A stretch of 64,000 bases of DNA from the sequence record DRR723986_3513; one strand, given 5' to 3'. Under the pieces are notes generated by a model. It saw nothing but the letters and a program-made list of their open reading frames with translations. It was not told where the DNA came from and did not search any database. This document shows positions 29,498 to 40,776 of this stretch, piece after piece (within the stretch, counting starts at the first letter, position 1; every line of letters begins with the position of its first letter). A program made the translations under genes and the position numbers.

Positions 29498-30454
29498 ATG
29501 CCTAGTGCTTTGATTACAGGAATCCGCGGGCAAGATGGAATGTATTTGGCAGATTCGCTTCGTCAGAAGGGATATGCAGTGCATGGCACATCCCGTTCTT
29601 GCGGCAACGAATCACAGGTTGCCGTTGCGGGAGTTGAGTTGCATGAGCTTCAGATCGAGAACGGTGTCCAATGGCACGAACTGTTGATCGATCTTCGTCC
29701 TGACGAAGTCTATCACTTTGCGGCGGACAGTTTTGTTCCCAATAGCTGGGAGCGGCCGATTGATAATATTGAGGCGAATCTGGTGGCGACGACGGCGCTG
29801 CTGGAGGCGATTCGAGATGTGTGCCCAGAGACCAAGCTGATCAATGCGTGCTCGCGGGAAGTCTTTGGCAACCAAGTGCAGAAGACGGTAAACGAAGAAT
29901 CCGCAATGACGCCGACCACGCCCTACGGCGTCAATAAAGCGGCCGCTCGGTGGATGTGCCAAACCTATCGACAACGCTACGGACTGTTCGCCGCGTCAGC
30001 GATTCTCTTCAATCACGAATCGCCCAGACGAAGTCCTTCGTTCGTGACACGTAAGATCACCAATGGCGTCGCCGAAATCGCGACCGGAAAAGCGAAGTCG
30101 CTTCAACTCGGTGCACTCAGTACGCAGCGGGACTGGGGGTACGCACCAGAGTACGTCGATGCGATGTGGCGGATGACGCAGATTGAAGAACCCGAAGACT
30201 TCATCGTCGCAACAGGTCAGCTCTCAACCATTGGTGATTTCGCGGAGAGTGCGTTCGCTACCGCTGGACTCGATTATCAGCAGTACATTACCGTCGATCA
30301 TCAGTTTGATCGCGCCGGTGACGTAGCGACTGTCCAAGCTGACATTTCGAAAGCCAAGTCTTTGCTCGATTGGCAACCGCAGGTAACCGCCAAGGAGTTG
30401 GCTCGAATCATGACGGAACATGATCTACAGGAAGCGGGTTGGAAGGGCGCATAG
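29498..30454 (+). CDS. gmd: GDP-mannose 4,6-dehydratase (divergent)
   Basis: 'ALITGIRGQDGMYLA', YxxxK 'PYGVNK', 'LFNHESPRR', 'FVTRKI', 'RDWG'. Confidence 0.88.
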   Translation: MPSALITGIRGQDGMYLADSLRQKGYAVHGTSRSCGNESQVAVAGVELHELQIENGVQWHELLIDLRPDEVYHFAADSFVPNSWERPIDNIEANLVATTALLEAIRDVCPETKLINACSREVFGNQVQKTVNEESAMTPTTPYGVNKAAARWMCQTYRQRYGLFAASAILFNHESPRRSPSFVTRKITNGVAEIATGKAKSLQLGALSTQRDWGYAPEYVDAMWRMTQIEEPEDFIVATGQLSTIGDFAESAFATAGLDYQQYITVDHQFDRAGDVATVQADISKAKSLLDWQPQVTAKELARIMTEHDLQEAGWKGA

Positions 30455-30498
30455 CCGTAGCCCTCGGATTCTTCCGCTCATCTAGTGGCGCGCGCTTG

Positions 30499-31764
30499 TT
30501 AAGGTGCTGGTGTCGCGCCCGGAAATACAACTTGTGCCCCTAGTCCAGTGGGCACAGCGATCGGAGCCGCATTTGGATCCGTTGCCACAGCGGGTGCAAA
30601 TTCGTAGTCGATCAGGTTGTGAGAATCGCACATGGAGCTTTGGCTGAACAGTCCGCTGATTTGTTGCGAATCGCCGAAGCTAATTCCCAAGCCTCGAGCA
30701 GCCTGTACTGCTGAGCAATCGGGAGTAACCGTTTTCAGTTTTCCGATCGCATTCTCAATTGAGCAACTGGAGATCTCTGGTCCGTCGTAAGTGACCATCT
30801 CGCCGAAACGGCGTTCGCGAATCAGGCGGACTGCGTGAACACCAAACTGCGTTGCCAAGAATCGATCCATGGCTGTTGGTGCACCGCCTCGTTGCAAGTG
30901 CCCTAGCATCATGTTTCGTGTTTCGAGCGGCAGGCGTGATTTGAGGTCGGCGGCGAGTGCAGCGCCGACTCCACCCAAGCGGACTTGTCGGTCCTCGCTT
31001 CGGCGTTCTAGCAGGACTTCGTCACCAGAAGGTAGTTGGGCTCCTTCGGCGATTGCGATAATACTGAAGTTGCGGCCCGAGGCGCGGCGGGTGCGAATGT
31101 GTTCACAGATCCCTTCGTATGTCCATGGGATCTCAGGCAGCAGAATAACGTCGGCACCTCCAGCGATGCCAGCATGCAGCGCGATCCAGCCAGCGTGTCG
31201 GCCCATTAGTTCGAGAATCATGATGCGGCCATGGCTAGATGCCGTTGTGTGCAAACGGTCAATTGCATCGGTGGCGCAGGTGACAGCCGAGTCGAATCCG
31301 AACGTAAAGAGCGTTGAGGAGAGATCGTTGTCGATCGTTTTCGGAACTCCGACGACTGGGATTCCCACCTCGTGGAACTGCTGGGCAACGGCCAACGAGC
31401 CGTCACCGCCGATGCAGACCAAGCCCTCGATACCATACTGTTTGCAAGTATCCTGGACGCCGAGCATGAGTCGTGGTTCTAGGTTGCGACGGCTGCCATC
31501 GGCATTGAGTGCGCCGAAACGCCCCTTGTTCGAAGCACCCAGGATCGTGCCTCCTTGAACAAGGATGCCGCCGATGTTTTCCGGTGTTAGCTCTCGGGCG
31601 CGGATCGGATCAACGAGTCCTTCGTAGCCCTCTTCGAATCCGAATACTCTGTAGCCCAGGTTGTGCGCGCATTTGACGACGCCGCGAATGACCGCATTTA
31701 GTCCAGGGCAGTCTCCGCCGCTGGTCAGTACGCCGATAGCTGGTTTGGTTGATGAGTCAGACAT
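30499..31764 (-). CDS. pfkA: 6-phosphofructokinase (PfkA family)
   Basis: 'TSGGDCPGLN', 'GGDGS', 'PKTIDND', 'ELMGR', 'LGHLQRGG'. Confidence 0.93.
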   Translation of the reverse strand: MSDSSTKPAIGVLTSGGDCPGLNAVIRGVVKCAHNLGYRVFGFEEGYEGLVDPIRARELTPENIGGILVQGGTILGASNKGRFGALNADGSRRNLEPRLMLGVQDTCKQYGIEGLVCIGGDGSLAVAQQFHEVGIPVVGVPKTIDNDLSSTLFTFGFDSAVTCATDAIDRLHTTASSHGRIMILELMGRHAGWIALHAGIAGGADVILLPEIPWTYEGICEHIRTRRASGRNFSIIAIAEGAQLPSGDEVLLERRSEDRQVRLGGVGAALAADLKSRLPLETRNMMLGHLQRGGAPTAMDRFLATQFGVHAVRLIRERRFGEMVTYDGPEISSCSIENAIGKLKTVTPDCSAVQAARGLGISFGDSQQISGLFSQSSMCDSHNLIDYEFAPAVATDPNAAPIAVPTGLGAQVVFPGATPAP

Positions 31765-32169
31765 GCTGCTAAATTTGCCCCTAGCGGTACTCTTGATTGA
31801 TCGGCGAATCGCTGTGAACAGCGACTCTTTGTTGTGGGATTGTCAGAACGCGCAAGCCATAATTGGGGTTCCGGCAATCCTGTCCGCGGGAGCGACTGCG
31901 AAAGATGGCACAGTCGCTACATCCGAAACTGCAGCATCGGAGGCGGACTGAGCAAACATAGGTTACGTTGCACTCGATTCAGGTCCGATTGGGATTTTCC
32001 TTGCAGCGGTTTCCCACGATTCTTGGCCTTTGCTGATACGGTCTTTCACGCTGCTTTTCGCGTCGCGAGTGGGCTCCCCCTAAATTGGTGGCCTGTAGGC
32101 GAAGCTGATCAGCAGAAAGTTTTCGAAGATTCTTGTTAACCTGGAGCTGGTTTAAGGCATTTGCAAGGT

Positions 32170-32703
32170 ATGGACGACAACGCCTCACAGTTTGACAACG
32201 AAATGGTTGCCCACCTGACCCAGGCACAGGTGGCAATCCGGCTGTACGTCCAAAGCCTGTTGCCGGGAGACAGTTCGGCAGCCGATGTTGCCCAGCAAGC
32301 AAATGCGAAGATTTGGGAGAAGCGGGCCGAGTTTCAGCTTGGCTCGAACTTCAAGGCCTGGGCTTTCGCAATTGCCCGGTACGAGGTTCTCAACTACCGA
32401 AAACAACAGATCCGCGATTCAAGGATGTGCTTCAGCGCTGAACTCGAAACGCAATTGTCCGAAGATCTCCAGCGTCGAGATGATACGTTTGAACTGAAGC
32501 AGGACGCGTTGAAGCATTGCCTAGCCAAAATGGATGACTCGCAGCGCGAGTTGTTGATGCATCGTTACGCCAGTTCGGCGTCACTTGGGGAGTTCGCTTC
32601 TCGAGTGAATCGCAGTGTTGGAGGACTAAAGGTGACACTTCATCGCCTGCGAAACAAACTCTTGGACTGTATCAACGGTCGTCTGTCGCGAGGTGAAGTA
32701 TGA
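32170..32703 (+). CDS. ECF sigma-70 factor, planctomycete/Verrucomicrobia type
   Basis: 'ADVAQQAN', 'FKAWAFAIARY', C-terminal HTH 'LHRLRNKLLDCI'; overlaps the downstream anti-sigma gene. Confidence 0.9.
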   Translation: MDDNASQFDNEMVAHLTQAQVAIRLYVQSLLPGDSSAADVAQQANAKIWEKRAEFQLGSNFKAWAFAIARYEVLNYRKQQIRDSRMCFSAELETQLSEDLQRRDDTFELKQDALKHCLAKMDDSQRELLMHRYASSASLGEFASRVNRSVGGLKVTLHRLRNKLLDCINGRLSRGEV

Positions 32704-34430
32704 GCTTTTCCGATCGTAGTCGGCAACTGATGGACTCCGTTATAGATGGCGTAGCAACTGAAGCGGAGATCGTCGAGCTGGAGGCTATCCTTAGTCAGGA
32801 TGAAGCAGCTCGAACGGAGTACCTCGATCGAGTCGCTCTTGACATGATGTTGAACGCGGAGTTTGGTGAGGCGGTTAGCCCCGGTCAGGCTGCAAGTTCA
32901 GCGAACTCTATTGAAGCGAGTCTATTCAGCTCAATGCAAGCCGGTGGGCGTCGCGAGCAAGGCGAGCCCGATGTGTCGGCGACGCGGAAAGCGGTTCGGA
33001 CTGGGGAAGCGAGCGGACCTGGGGCGGCGAGTTGGATCGTGGCGGCAGTCGTGCTTGGTGCCGCGGCAACGCTCCTAATCGCAGTCGCCTGGCTGGGTGA
33101 CCAGGGAGGCAGCGAACAAATTGCTGCGAGTGGGCCACCTGAGGACTTCGTTCCGCAGAGAAAAAATGAAGCTGAGGCGAATGCAAATGGCTTCGCCGTC
33201 ATCACAGGACAAGCCGACGCGCGGTGGGTTGGGCCGGCAGATCGGTATGACGTCGGAGCGTTGTTGCCAGCCGGGGAAGTTGTGTTGGATGCCGGTATTG
33301 TTGAACTAGAGCTTTTCAGCGGCGTGTCCGTTGTCGTTGAAGGGCCTGCTGAGTTTGCGTTAGTCAGTCCGATGCAAATGCGAGTGGATTCCGGCAAGGT
33401 GCGGGCTGTCGTGCCGGAGGCGGCACACGGATTCAAACTGTCGACTCGTGAAGGTGATGTTATTGACCTTGGGACCGAGTTTGCTGTGGCAGTAACGGAT
33501 GAGCAATGCGACCTGCATGTGCTCGACGGTGCTGTAGAAATAGCTGAATCACAGAAATTGCTGCGGGCTGGGCAGGCAGCTCGACTCGTTGGTGGGCAAA
33601 CAACAGATGAGTTTCCCGCCGCTGATGGCGAATTTCTAGGCAAGTCGGGACTCCAGCTTCGCATTAAGCAGCGTTTAAGCAGTCGCATTGAAGACTGGAG
33701 CCAGTGGCAGAAGTCACTGCGAGGTGACTCACGAGTGGTTGTGCACTATCAATCCGATGCATCGCAGGTCGAAGGCCGCCGGTTAGATGGAGCTGGTTCG
33801 GCCAGCAGCAGCGCTGCGATCGTGGCGGCTGCACCAGCGGCAAATCGATGGGGACAAGCTGGGGCAGCGATTGATTTCAGTCCGACCGGTAGTCGTGCTC
33901 GGTTGTCTGTGCCCGGAGAACATGGCTCGATTACCTTCCTTGCATGGGTGCGGATACACAGTCTCGATCGGTGGTACAATTCGTTGTTCTTGACCGATGG
34001 GCACGATCAACATGAGCCGCATTGGCAGATTATGGACGATGGACGGATGTTCTTCTCAGTCAAGAAGCGGGATGTCTTTGATCGATCCAAGGGCGAATTA
34101 GACAAGCACATTTACTATTCGCCGCCATTTTGGAATGCTCAATTGAGCGGCAAGTGGATCATGCTCACGACGACCTATGACATCGAGAATCGCCGCGTTC
34201 GCCACTTTCTAAACGGCGAGATGCTCAGTGAGGAGGCGATTCCGGCGGAGTACTTGGTTGAGAAGGTGAGAATTGGAGCTGCGTCGATCGGAAATTGGGG
34301 CCAGCCTGAACGGGCTGATCCCAGCTTTGCGATTCGGAATCTGAACGGAAGCTTGGACGAATTTGGAATCTTCTCCGCGGCGCTTTCGCCTGTGGAGATC
34401 AAAGAAATGTACCTGAAGGGGCGACCCTAA
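32700..34430 (+). CDS. FecR-like transmembrane anti-sigma factor with C-terminal LamG/ConA-like domain
   Basis: N-terminal helical anti-sigma region, one TM, 'VIDLGTEFAV' FecR motif, 'NGSLDEFGIFSAALS' LamG end. Confidence 0.85.
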   Translation: MSFSDRSRQLMDSVIDGVATEAEIVELEAILSQDEAARTEYLDRVALDMMLNAEFGEAVSPGQAASSANSIEASLFSSMQAGGRREQGEPDVSATRKAVRTGEASGPGAASWIVAAVVLGAAATLLIAVAWLGDQGGSEQIAASGPPEDFVPQRKNEAEANANGFAVITGQADARWVGPADRYDVGALLPAGEVVLDAGIVELELFSGVSVVVEGPAEFALVSPMQMRVDSGKVRAVVPEAAHGFKLSTREGDVIDLGTEFAVAVTDEQCDLHVLDGAVEIAESQKLLRAGQAARLVGGQTTDEFPAADGEFLGKSGLQLRIKQRLSSRIEDWSQWQKSLRGDSRVVVHYQSDASQVEGRRLDGAGSASSSAAIVAAAPAANRWGQAGAAIDFSPTGSRARLSVPGEHGSITFLAWVRIHSLDRWYNSLFLTDGHDQHEPHWQIMDDGRMFFSVKKRDVFDRSKGELDKHIYYSPPFWNAQLSGKWIMLTTTYDIENRRVRHFLNGEMLSEEAIPAEYLVEKVRIGAASIGNWGQPERADPSFAIRNLNGSLDEFGIFSAALSPVEIKEMYLKGRP

Positions 34431-34431
34431 G

Positions 34432-37308
34432 ATGAGATCACTCAAGGCGGTTTGGGGATGTGCTGTGGCAGCGAGCGCAAGCTTGTTTGCTGCGGGCGGA
34501 TTGCCAGCACAAGAAAGTCAGCCCGATGCACTGGAGCTGAACCAACATTTTACGCTCAAAGTGCTGCCGGTCTTGAAGGATAAGTGCTTCGGATGTCACG
34601 GAGCCGATCGGTCGGATATCCAAGGTGAGCTCGACCTTACGTCACTGGAAGGCTTCACCCGCGGTGGTGAGTCCGGCGATCCTGCGATCTTAGTCGGGAA
34701 AGCTGATGCGAGTCTTTTGATGGAGGCCGTTCGGTGGGAAGGCCTTGAGATGCCACCGAAGGAAAATGATCGGCTGTCGGATGATCAGATTGCCGATCTG
34801 GCCAAATGGGTCAAGGAAGGTGCGGTTTGGCCGGATGAAGACACACGCCAGCAAATTCTCGACGACGCCAGCATGCAGCGAGAAACCGAAGAGGGCCTGA
34901 TCGTCGATACGAGCGGCGGTACTTCTCAAGAGTGGACACTACGGCGATACAGTCGCGAAGATCTTTGGGCCTGGCAGAAGGTGCGTGATAGCGAAGACCT
35001 GTTGCCTCAGAAGTTTGCTGGGAATCCAGTTGACTACTTCGTGGGGAAACAATTGGAAGAACACGGGGTTGAGCCCGCCGAAATGGCTAAGCCACGGGAT
35101 CTCGTTCGGCGTCTGTACTTCGATGTCTTGGGGCTTCCACCAACTCCTGCGCAGACAGAAGCGTTTATCGCGGCATTTGAAGCTGATCCCGAATCCGCCT
35201 GGACGGAAACTGTGGATGAACTTCTCGCTAGTCCACACTACGGCGAGCGTGCTGCCCAACACTGGTTAGACGTTACTCGCTACGCCGACACTGGAGGAAT
35301 GAGTAACGATTACGAACGATCGAACATGTGGCGGTATCGGGACTATGTGATCCGCAGTTTTAACACTGACAAGCCCTATGATCAGTTCGTCATGGAGCAG
35401 CTTGCCGGCGACGAGCTAGCCGATGCTTCCGTTGCGAAGCGTCTTGGTGAAGACAAAGTCTTGGATGTGCAGCTAAGCGGTGAGTATACGCCGGAAGAGG
35501 CTGAGAAAATTGTCGCCACTGGTTTCCTCCGTCTGGGGCCGTGGGACAACGCGATGGTCGAAACTGAAGAAGCGCGTCAGATCTACTTGGACGACGTCGT
35601 CAACGTGGTTGGCCAGACATTTTTGTCGACAACAATGCGGTGCGTCAAATGCCACGACCATAAGTTTGATCCGATTCCAACGCGCGATTACTACCGCATG
35701 TATTCCGCCTTTGCCACAACACGCATGGCAGAGAGGAAGGTGCCACTGCTAGACGGCGAGAACTTGGCGGGTTTTGACGCTGGCCGCAAGCACGTACAGC
35801 AGATGCTTGATTTCGCTGTTCGCGAGAAGAACCGGCTTGTTGATAAGCGTGAAACAGCCGCTCGGAAGTGGTTTGGCGAGCATGGGCTAGAGTACAAAGA
35901 TAACAATGCTCGGAAGGATTTGCCTGACGAGGAAAAGCCGCCGCGACATGTTGGTTTGGATCACGTCGAGCAGGGGCAGCTTAAGGTCCGTGAACAGGAT
36001 GAGTGGATTTGGCGTCGCCGCTTGGAGCGATACCAGCCGATGGCGCAAAGCGTGTACAACGCCGGAGCTGCAAGCCTAGCATGGAATGGCGCTCGCAAGC
36101 TGCGTATCGACAAAAAAGCAGATCGCGCTAAGAAGCCTGAGAACTTCATTCTTGTCGGAGGAGCACTGACTGCCCTAGGCGATGCTGTTGGGCCGGGCGT
36201 GCTGAGTGCGGCTGGCATCACAACGAGTAGCATCAAGGGCAAGCCGTTTGTGCTCAAGGACGATGTTTCCGGACGTCGATTGGGTTTGGCGAAGTGGATT
36301 ACTCATCCCGAAAACCCGTTGACTGCCCGATCGATCGTCAATCGCATTTGGCAAAGCCACTTTGGTCGTGGGTTGGTGGCAACGCCCAACAACTTCGGTG
36401 CAAAGGGAGCCAAGCCAACGCATCCGTTCTTGCTTGATTTCTTGGCCTCAGACTTTGTGAAGAACGGGTGGAAGATCAAGCGAGTGCATCGCATGATTTT
36501 GCTGTCGGAAGTGTATCGGCGAGCAGTATCGCATCCTAATAAATCGGAGCTGTTGCAGTCCGACCCGGATGGCAAGTTGTTGGCCTATTATCCAGGTCGA
36601 CGGCTAACCGCAGAAGAACTGCGCGACGCAATGCTTGTTGTGACTGGTGAGCTGAATACGGCCCGAGGCGGTCTGCCAGCGATGCCTGAAATCAATATGG
36701 AAGTTGCTCTTCAGCCACGGATGATCCAGTTTTCTCTCGCACCGGCCTACCAGCCTGACCCAGCTCCCGAGCAGCGCAATCGGCGAACGATCTATGCATA
36801 CCGAGTTCGCGGCCAGGCCGATCCGTTTTTGGAGCTGTTCAACCAACCGAATCCCAATGAGTCGTGTGAGCTTCGCGATACCGCGGCAGTCACGCCTCAG
36901 GCTTTTACATTGATGAACAGCGATGTAATGTCCGATCGCAGTATCGCCCTAGCGTCGCGGCTCAAGCGCGAAAGCGACTCGTTAGAACAGCAGATCGACA
37001 GGGCGTTCAATTTGACGCTTGGTCGTTCGCCAACGTCCGAAGAGACGAAGCGCCTGATGGCTTATGTGAACGAGATGGCGGAGTACCACCAAGATCAAAG
37101 TGCTGCCCCGCGAGAGTATCCTGCTGAGATCACTCGTTCGCTAGTGGAAGAATTCTCTGGCAAGCCGTTTGAATACAAAGAGATTTTGCCACGATTCGAG
37201 AACTACCAGGCGGATCTCTCGGCGGCAGACGCTTCCCCTGAGGTGAGAGCGCTGGCCGACATGTGCTTGCTGCTGCTCAATACAAACGAATTTATCTTCA
37301 TTCGCTAG
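34432..37308 (+). CDS. PSD1/DUF1549-DUF1553 protein with planctomycete cytochrome c domain
   Basis: Signal peptide; CxxCH motifs 'CFGCH' and 'CVKCH'; 'YGER...WLDVTRYADT'; 'PTHP..LDFLA'; 'LLNTNEF'. Confidence 0.93.
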   Translation: MRSLKAVWGCAVAASASLFAAGGLPAQESQPDALELNQHFTLKVLPVLKDKCFGCHGADRSDIQGELDLTSLEGFTRGGESGDPAILVGKADASLLMEAVRWEGLEMPPKENDRLSDDQIADLAKWVKEGAVWPDEDTRQQILDDASMQRETEEGLIVDTSGGTSQEWTLRRYSREDLWAWQKVRDSEDLLPQKFAGNPVDYFVGKQLEEHGVEPAEMAKPRDLVRRLYFDVLGLPPTPAQTEAFIAAFEADPESAWTETVDELLASPHYGERAAQHWLDVTRYADTGGMSNDYERSNMWRYRDYVIRSFNTDKPYDQFVMEQLAGDELADASVAKRLGEDKVLDVQLSGEYTPEEAEKIVATGFLRLGPWDNAMVETEEARQIYLDDVVNVVGQTFLSTTMRCVKCHDHKFDPIPTRDYYRMYSAFATTRMAERKVPLLDGENLAGFDAGRKHVQQMLDFAVREKNRLVDKRETAARKWFGEHGLEYKDNNARKDLPDEEKPPRHVGLDHVEQGQLKVREQDEWIWRRRLERYQPMAQSVYNAGAASLAWNGARKLRIDKKADRAKKPENFILVGGALTALGDAVGPGVLSAAGITTSSIKGKPFVLKDDVSGRRLGLAKWITHPENPLTARSIVNRIWQSHFGRGLVATPNNFGAKGAKPTHPFLLDFLASDFVKNGWKIKRVHRMILLSEVYRRAVSHPNKSELLQSDPDGKLLAYYPGRRLTAEELRDAMLVVTGELNTARGGLPAMPEINMEVALQPRMIQFSLAPAYQPDPAPEQRNRRTIYAYRVRGQADPFLELFNQPNPNESCELRDTAAVTPQAFTLMNSDVMSDRSIALASRLKRESDSLEQQIDRAFNLTLGRSPTSEETKRLMAYVNEMAEYHQDQSAAPREYPAEITRSLVEEFSGKPFEYKEILPRFENYQADLSAADASPEVRALADMCLLLLNTNEFIFIR

Positions 37309-37318
37309 GAATCGAAAA

Positions 37319-38740
<1,422 letters not shown>

Positions 38741-38763
38741 CGCGATGTCTTGATAGCATCGCG
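38741..38763. terminator. GC-rich hairpin between convergent genes (possible terminator)
   Basis: CGCGATG-N9-CATCGCG immediately after the DUF1501 stop; no clear U-tract. Confidence 0.4.
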
Positions 38764-38777
38764 TCGATAACCGGCGT

Positions 38778-39659
38778 TCAATCGTCGATGAAACGACGCG
38801 TTATGTCACCGTAGGCATCGATGCGTCGGTCTCTAAGGAATGGCCAGTGGGTGCGAATGACATCGCTGGCCGAAAGATCGCATTCGACAATTACCGTAGA
38901 TTCTTGATCGTGGCTTGCGCGGTGGAGGATTTGACCATTGGGGCCTGCGACGAAGGAGGCTCCCCAGAACTCGATGCCGCCCTCGCTGCCGACTCGGTTT
39001 GCAGCGCCCACGAAGACTCCATTGGCAATCGCATGGGCTCGCATGGCCGTTTCCCACGAATCATGTTGGCCAACGCCGAATTCGGCCTTCTCTTCATGAA
39101 TCCAGCCGATCGCGGTCGGATAAAGTAGGATTTGCGCACCGCGAAGTGCAAATAGCCTGGCTGCCTCGGGATACCACTGATCCCAACAGACGCCGACACC
39201 AAGAACTCCATAACGAGTCTTTGCAACGGTGAAGCCAAGGTCGCCGGGGGTAAAATAGAATTTTTCGTAGTACAACGGGTCGTCCGGAATGTGCATCTTA
39301 CGATACTTTCCAGCCAGTGAGCCGTCTGCGTCGAAGGTGACAGCCGTGTTGTGGTATAGCCCGGGAGCACGTCTTTCGAATAGCGAGCATGTAACTACGA
39401 CGGAGTGTTTCTCTGCTAGCTCACTCAGCCGCTTGCTGGTCGGCCCTGGAATCTCTTCGGCCAAATCAAACTGGCAGTGATCTTCACTTTGGCAAGGATA
39501 CTGCGTATTGAAGACTTCCTGTAGGCAGATGACATTCGCGCCTTTGCTAGCCGCTTCTGCAATTCGATCCTCGGCCTTGCGCAGGTTTGCTTGGGGATCA
39601 GAGTCGCAGCTCATCTGCACAAGTGCGAGCTGGACGGTATGATTCGCTGTCATCTTCAT
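38778..39659 (-). CDS. N-carbamoylputrescine amidase-like carbon-nitrogen hydrolase
   Basis: 'CLQE', 'YRKMHIPDDP.YYEKFYFTPGD', 'VCWDQWYPEAAR'. Start placed at MKMTAN. Confidence 0.88.
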   Translation of the reverse strand: MKMTANHTVQLALVQMSCDSDPQANLRKAEDRIAEAASKGANVICLQEVFNTQYPCQSEDHCQFDLAEEIPGPTSKRLSELAEKHSVVVTCSLFERRAPGLYHNTAVTFDADGSLAGKYRKMHIPDDPLYYEKFYFTPGDLGFTVAKTRYGVLGVGVCWDQWYPEAARLFALRGAQILLYPTAIGWIHEEKAEFGVGQHDSWETAMRAHAIANGVFVGAANRVGSEGGIEFWGASFVAGPNGQILHRASHDQESTVIVECDLSASDVIRTHWPFLRDRRIDAYGDITRRFIDD

Positions 39660-39770
39660 GCTGCCCGTTCGGTGCCACGTTGTCATTGATCCGCGTCCGT
39701 GACATGCTATCAACCGGCTCAACTTCGGCAAGCAGCAGAGCGTCGCAAAGTAGCATTTTGGAGAGTAGTT

Positions 39771-40541
39771 TTGACCGACTCGGCGAGCGTAGCGAAAGGG
39801 CCTCGGGGCATCGTGGTTCTAGGCACGGACACCGAAGTCGGCAAGACGTATGTAAGCTGCCAGATAATCCGTTCGTTGATTCAAGCGGGCGTGCAGACCG
39901 GAGCCTACAAACCTGTCGCAAGCGGTTTTGGAGTTGGCGATCCAGAGAGCGATCCTCAGAGGCTACTATCGGCGCTCGGCGCGTCTACCGCCAAATCGGC
40001 TGACATTGAAGCTTGCGATGCTGAAGGGCAAGATGCCGAAGCACGCGAAACCGGTGCGGCGGTTCGTCAAGACGCGGACGTCGACGTAGATCTTGTGTGC
40101 CCGCAGGTCTTCCGAGCGCCCGTGGCGCCGCCGATTGCCGCCGCTCTTGAAGGGCGTGAGGTTAGTTGGGATAGGATCCGCAGTGGTCTGGAAGCGTGGA
40201 CTACTCGTGTGGATTTTCTGCTGGTCGAAGCGGCGGGCGGTGTGCTTTCGCCCATCGCTGAAGGAAGGACGTCGGCCGATCTGGCCGCCGAGTCTGCCTT
40301 TCCGGCGCTCTTGGTTGTAGCGAATCGACTGGGCTGCGTGAATCACTGCCTGCTGAGTCTTGAGGCTCTGGCTGCTCGCAAGGTCGACGTGTCGGGAATC
40401 TTGCTCAACGACATGTCTGGAAAACAGAGTGATGAGTCGGTGGAGACGAATGCGCAACTGATCCGTGCATTTTCATCGGTGCCAATTTACACTAGTTCGC
40501 ATCGGTTCGCGATGGCGCAGTGTGTTCCGGTTCCCGATTAG
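39771..40541 (+). CDS. bioD: Dethiobiotin synthase
   Basis: 'GTDTEVGKT', 'YKPVASG', 'VEAAGG', 'LGCVNH'. Start uncertain (TTG 39771; ORF-track start 39699). Confidence 0.9.
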   Translation: MTDSASVAKGPRGIVVLGTDTEVGKTYVSCQIIRSLIQAGVQTGAYKPVASGFGVGDPESDPQRLLSALGASTAKSADIEACDAEGQDAEARETGAAVRQDADVDVDLVCPQVFRAPVAPPIAAALEGREVSWDRIRSGLEAWTTRVDFLLVEAAGGVLSPIAEGRTSADLAAESAFPALLVVANRLGCVNHCLLSLEALAARKVDVSGILLNDMSGKQSDESVETNAQLIRAFSSVPIYTSSHRFAMAQCVPVPD

Positions 40542-40606
40542 AGGGGGGCGACACTAGAGACGGTGCTCGAACTTGCCTGCCGCACTGCTTGCTGTACTGT
40601 GTTATT

Positions 40607-40674
40607 GCAAGGAGTTGGTGCTGGCAGAGAGTTGGGGCTGGCAAGGAGTTGGTAATGGCAACGAGTTGGCGGTA
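40607..40674. repeat. Degenerate 17-bp tandem repeat, 4 copies (GCAnnGAGTTGGnnnTn)
   Basis: gcaaggagttggtgctg / gcagagagttggggctg / gcaaggagttggtaatg / gcaacgagttggcggta. Confidence 0.85.
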
Positions 40675-40702
40675 CAACTTGGCGGCTCTATCGCAGGCGC
40701 AT

Positions 40703-40740
40703 AAAGAAAGCCGCCAGCGAAACATCCGCTGACGGCTCTC
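40703..40740 (-). terminator. Rho-independent terminator of the Met-zincin gene
   Basis: Minus strand reads GAGAGCCGTCAGCG-loop-CGCTGGCGGCTTTCTTT, about 37 nt after the stop codon. Confidence 0.75.
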
Positions 40741-40776
40741 AATTTTCAATCCTTCTGGCTTCTGCGGCCCAACGAA

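Noticed and set aside
19069..30454. Glycan island as a mobile element
   Set aside because: Looks somewhat AT-richer by eye, but no integrase, transposase, tRNA or flanking direct repeats are visible; GC content was not computed.
40607..40674. CRISPR-like array
   Set aside because: The 17-nt period leaves ~5-nt variable parts, and there are no cas genes; kept only as a minisatellite.
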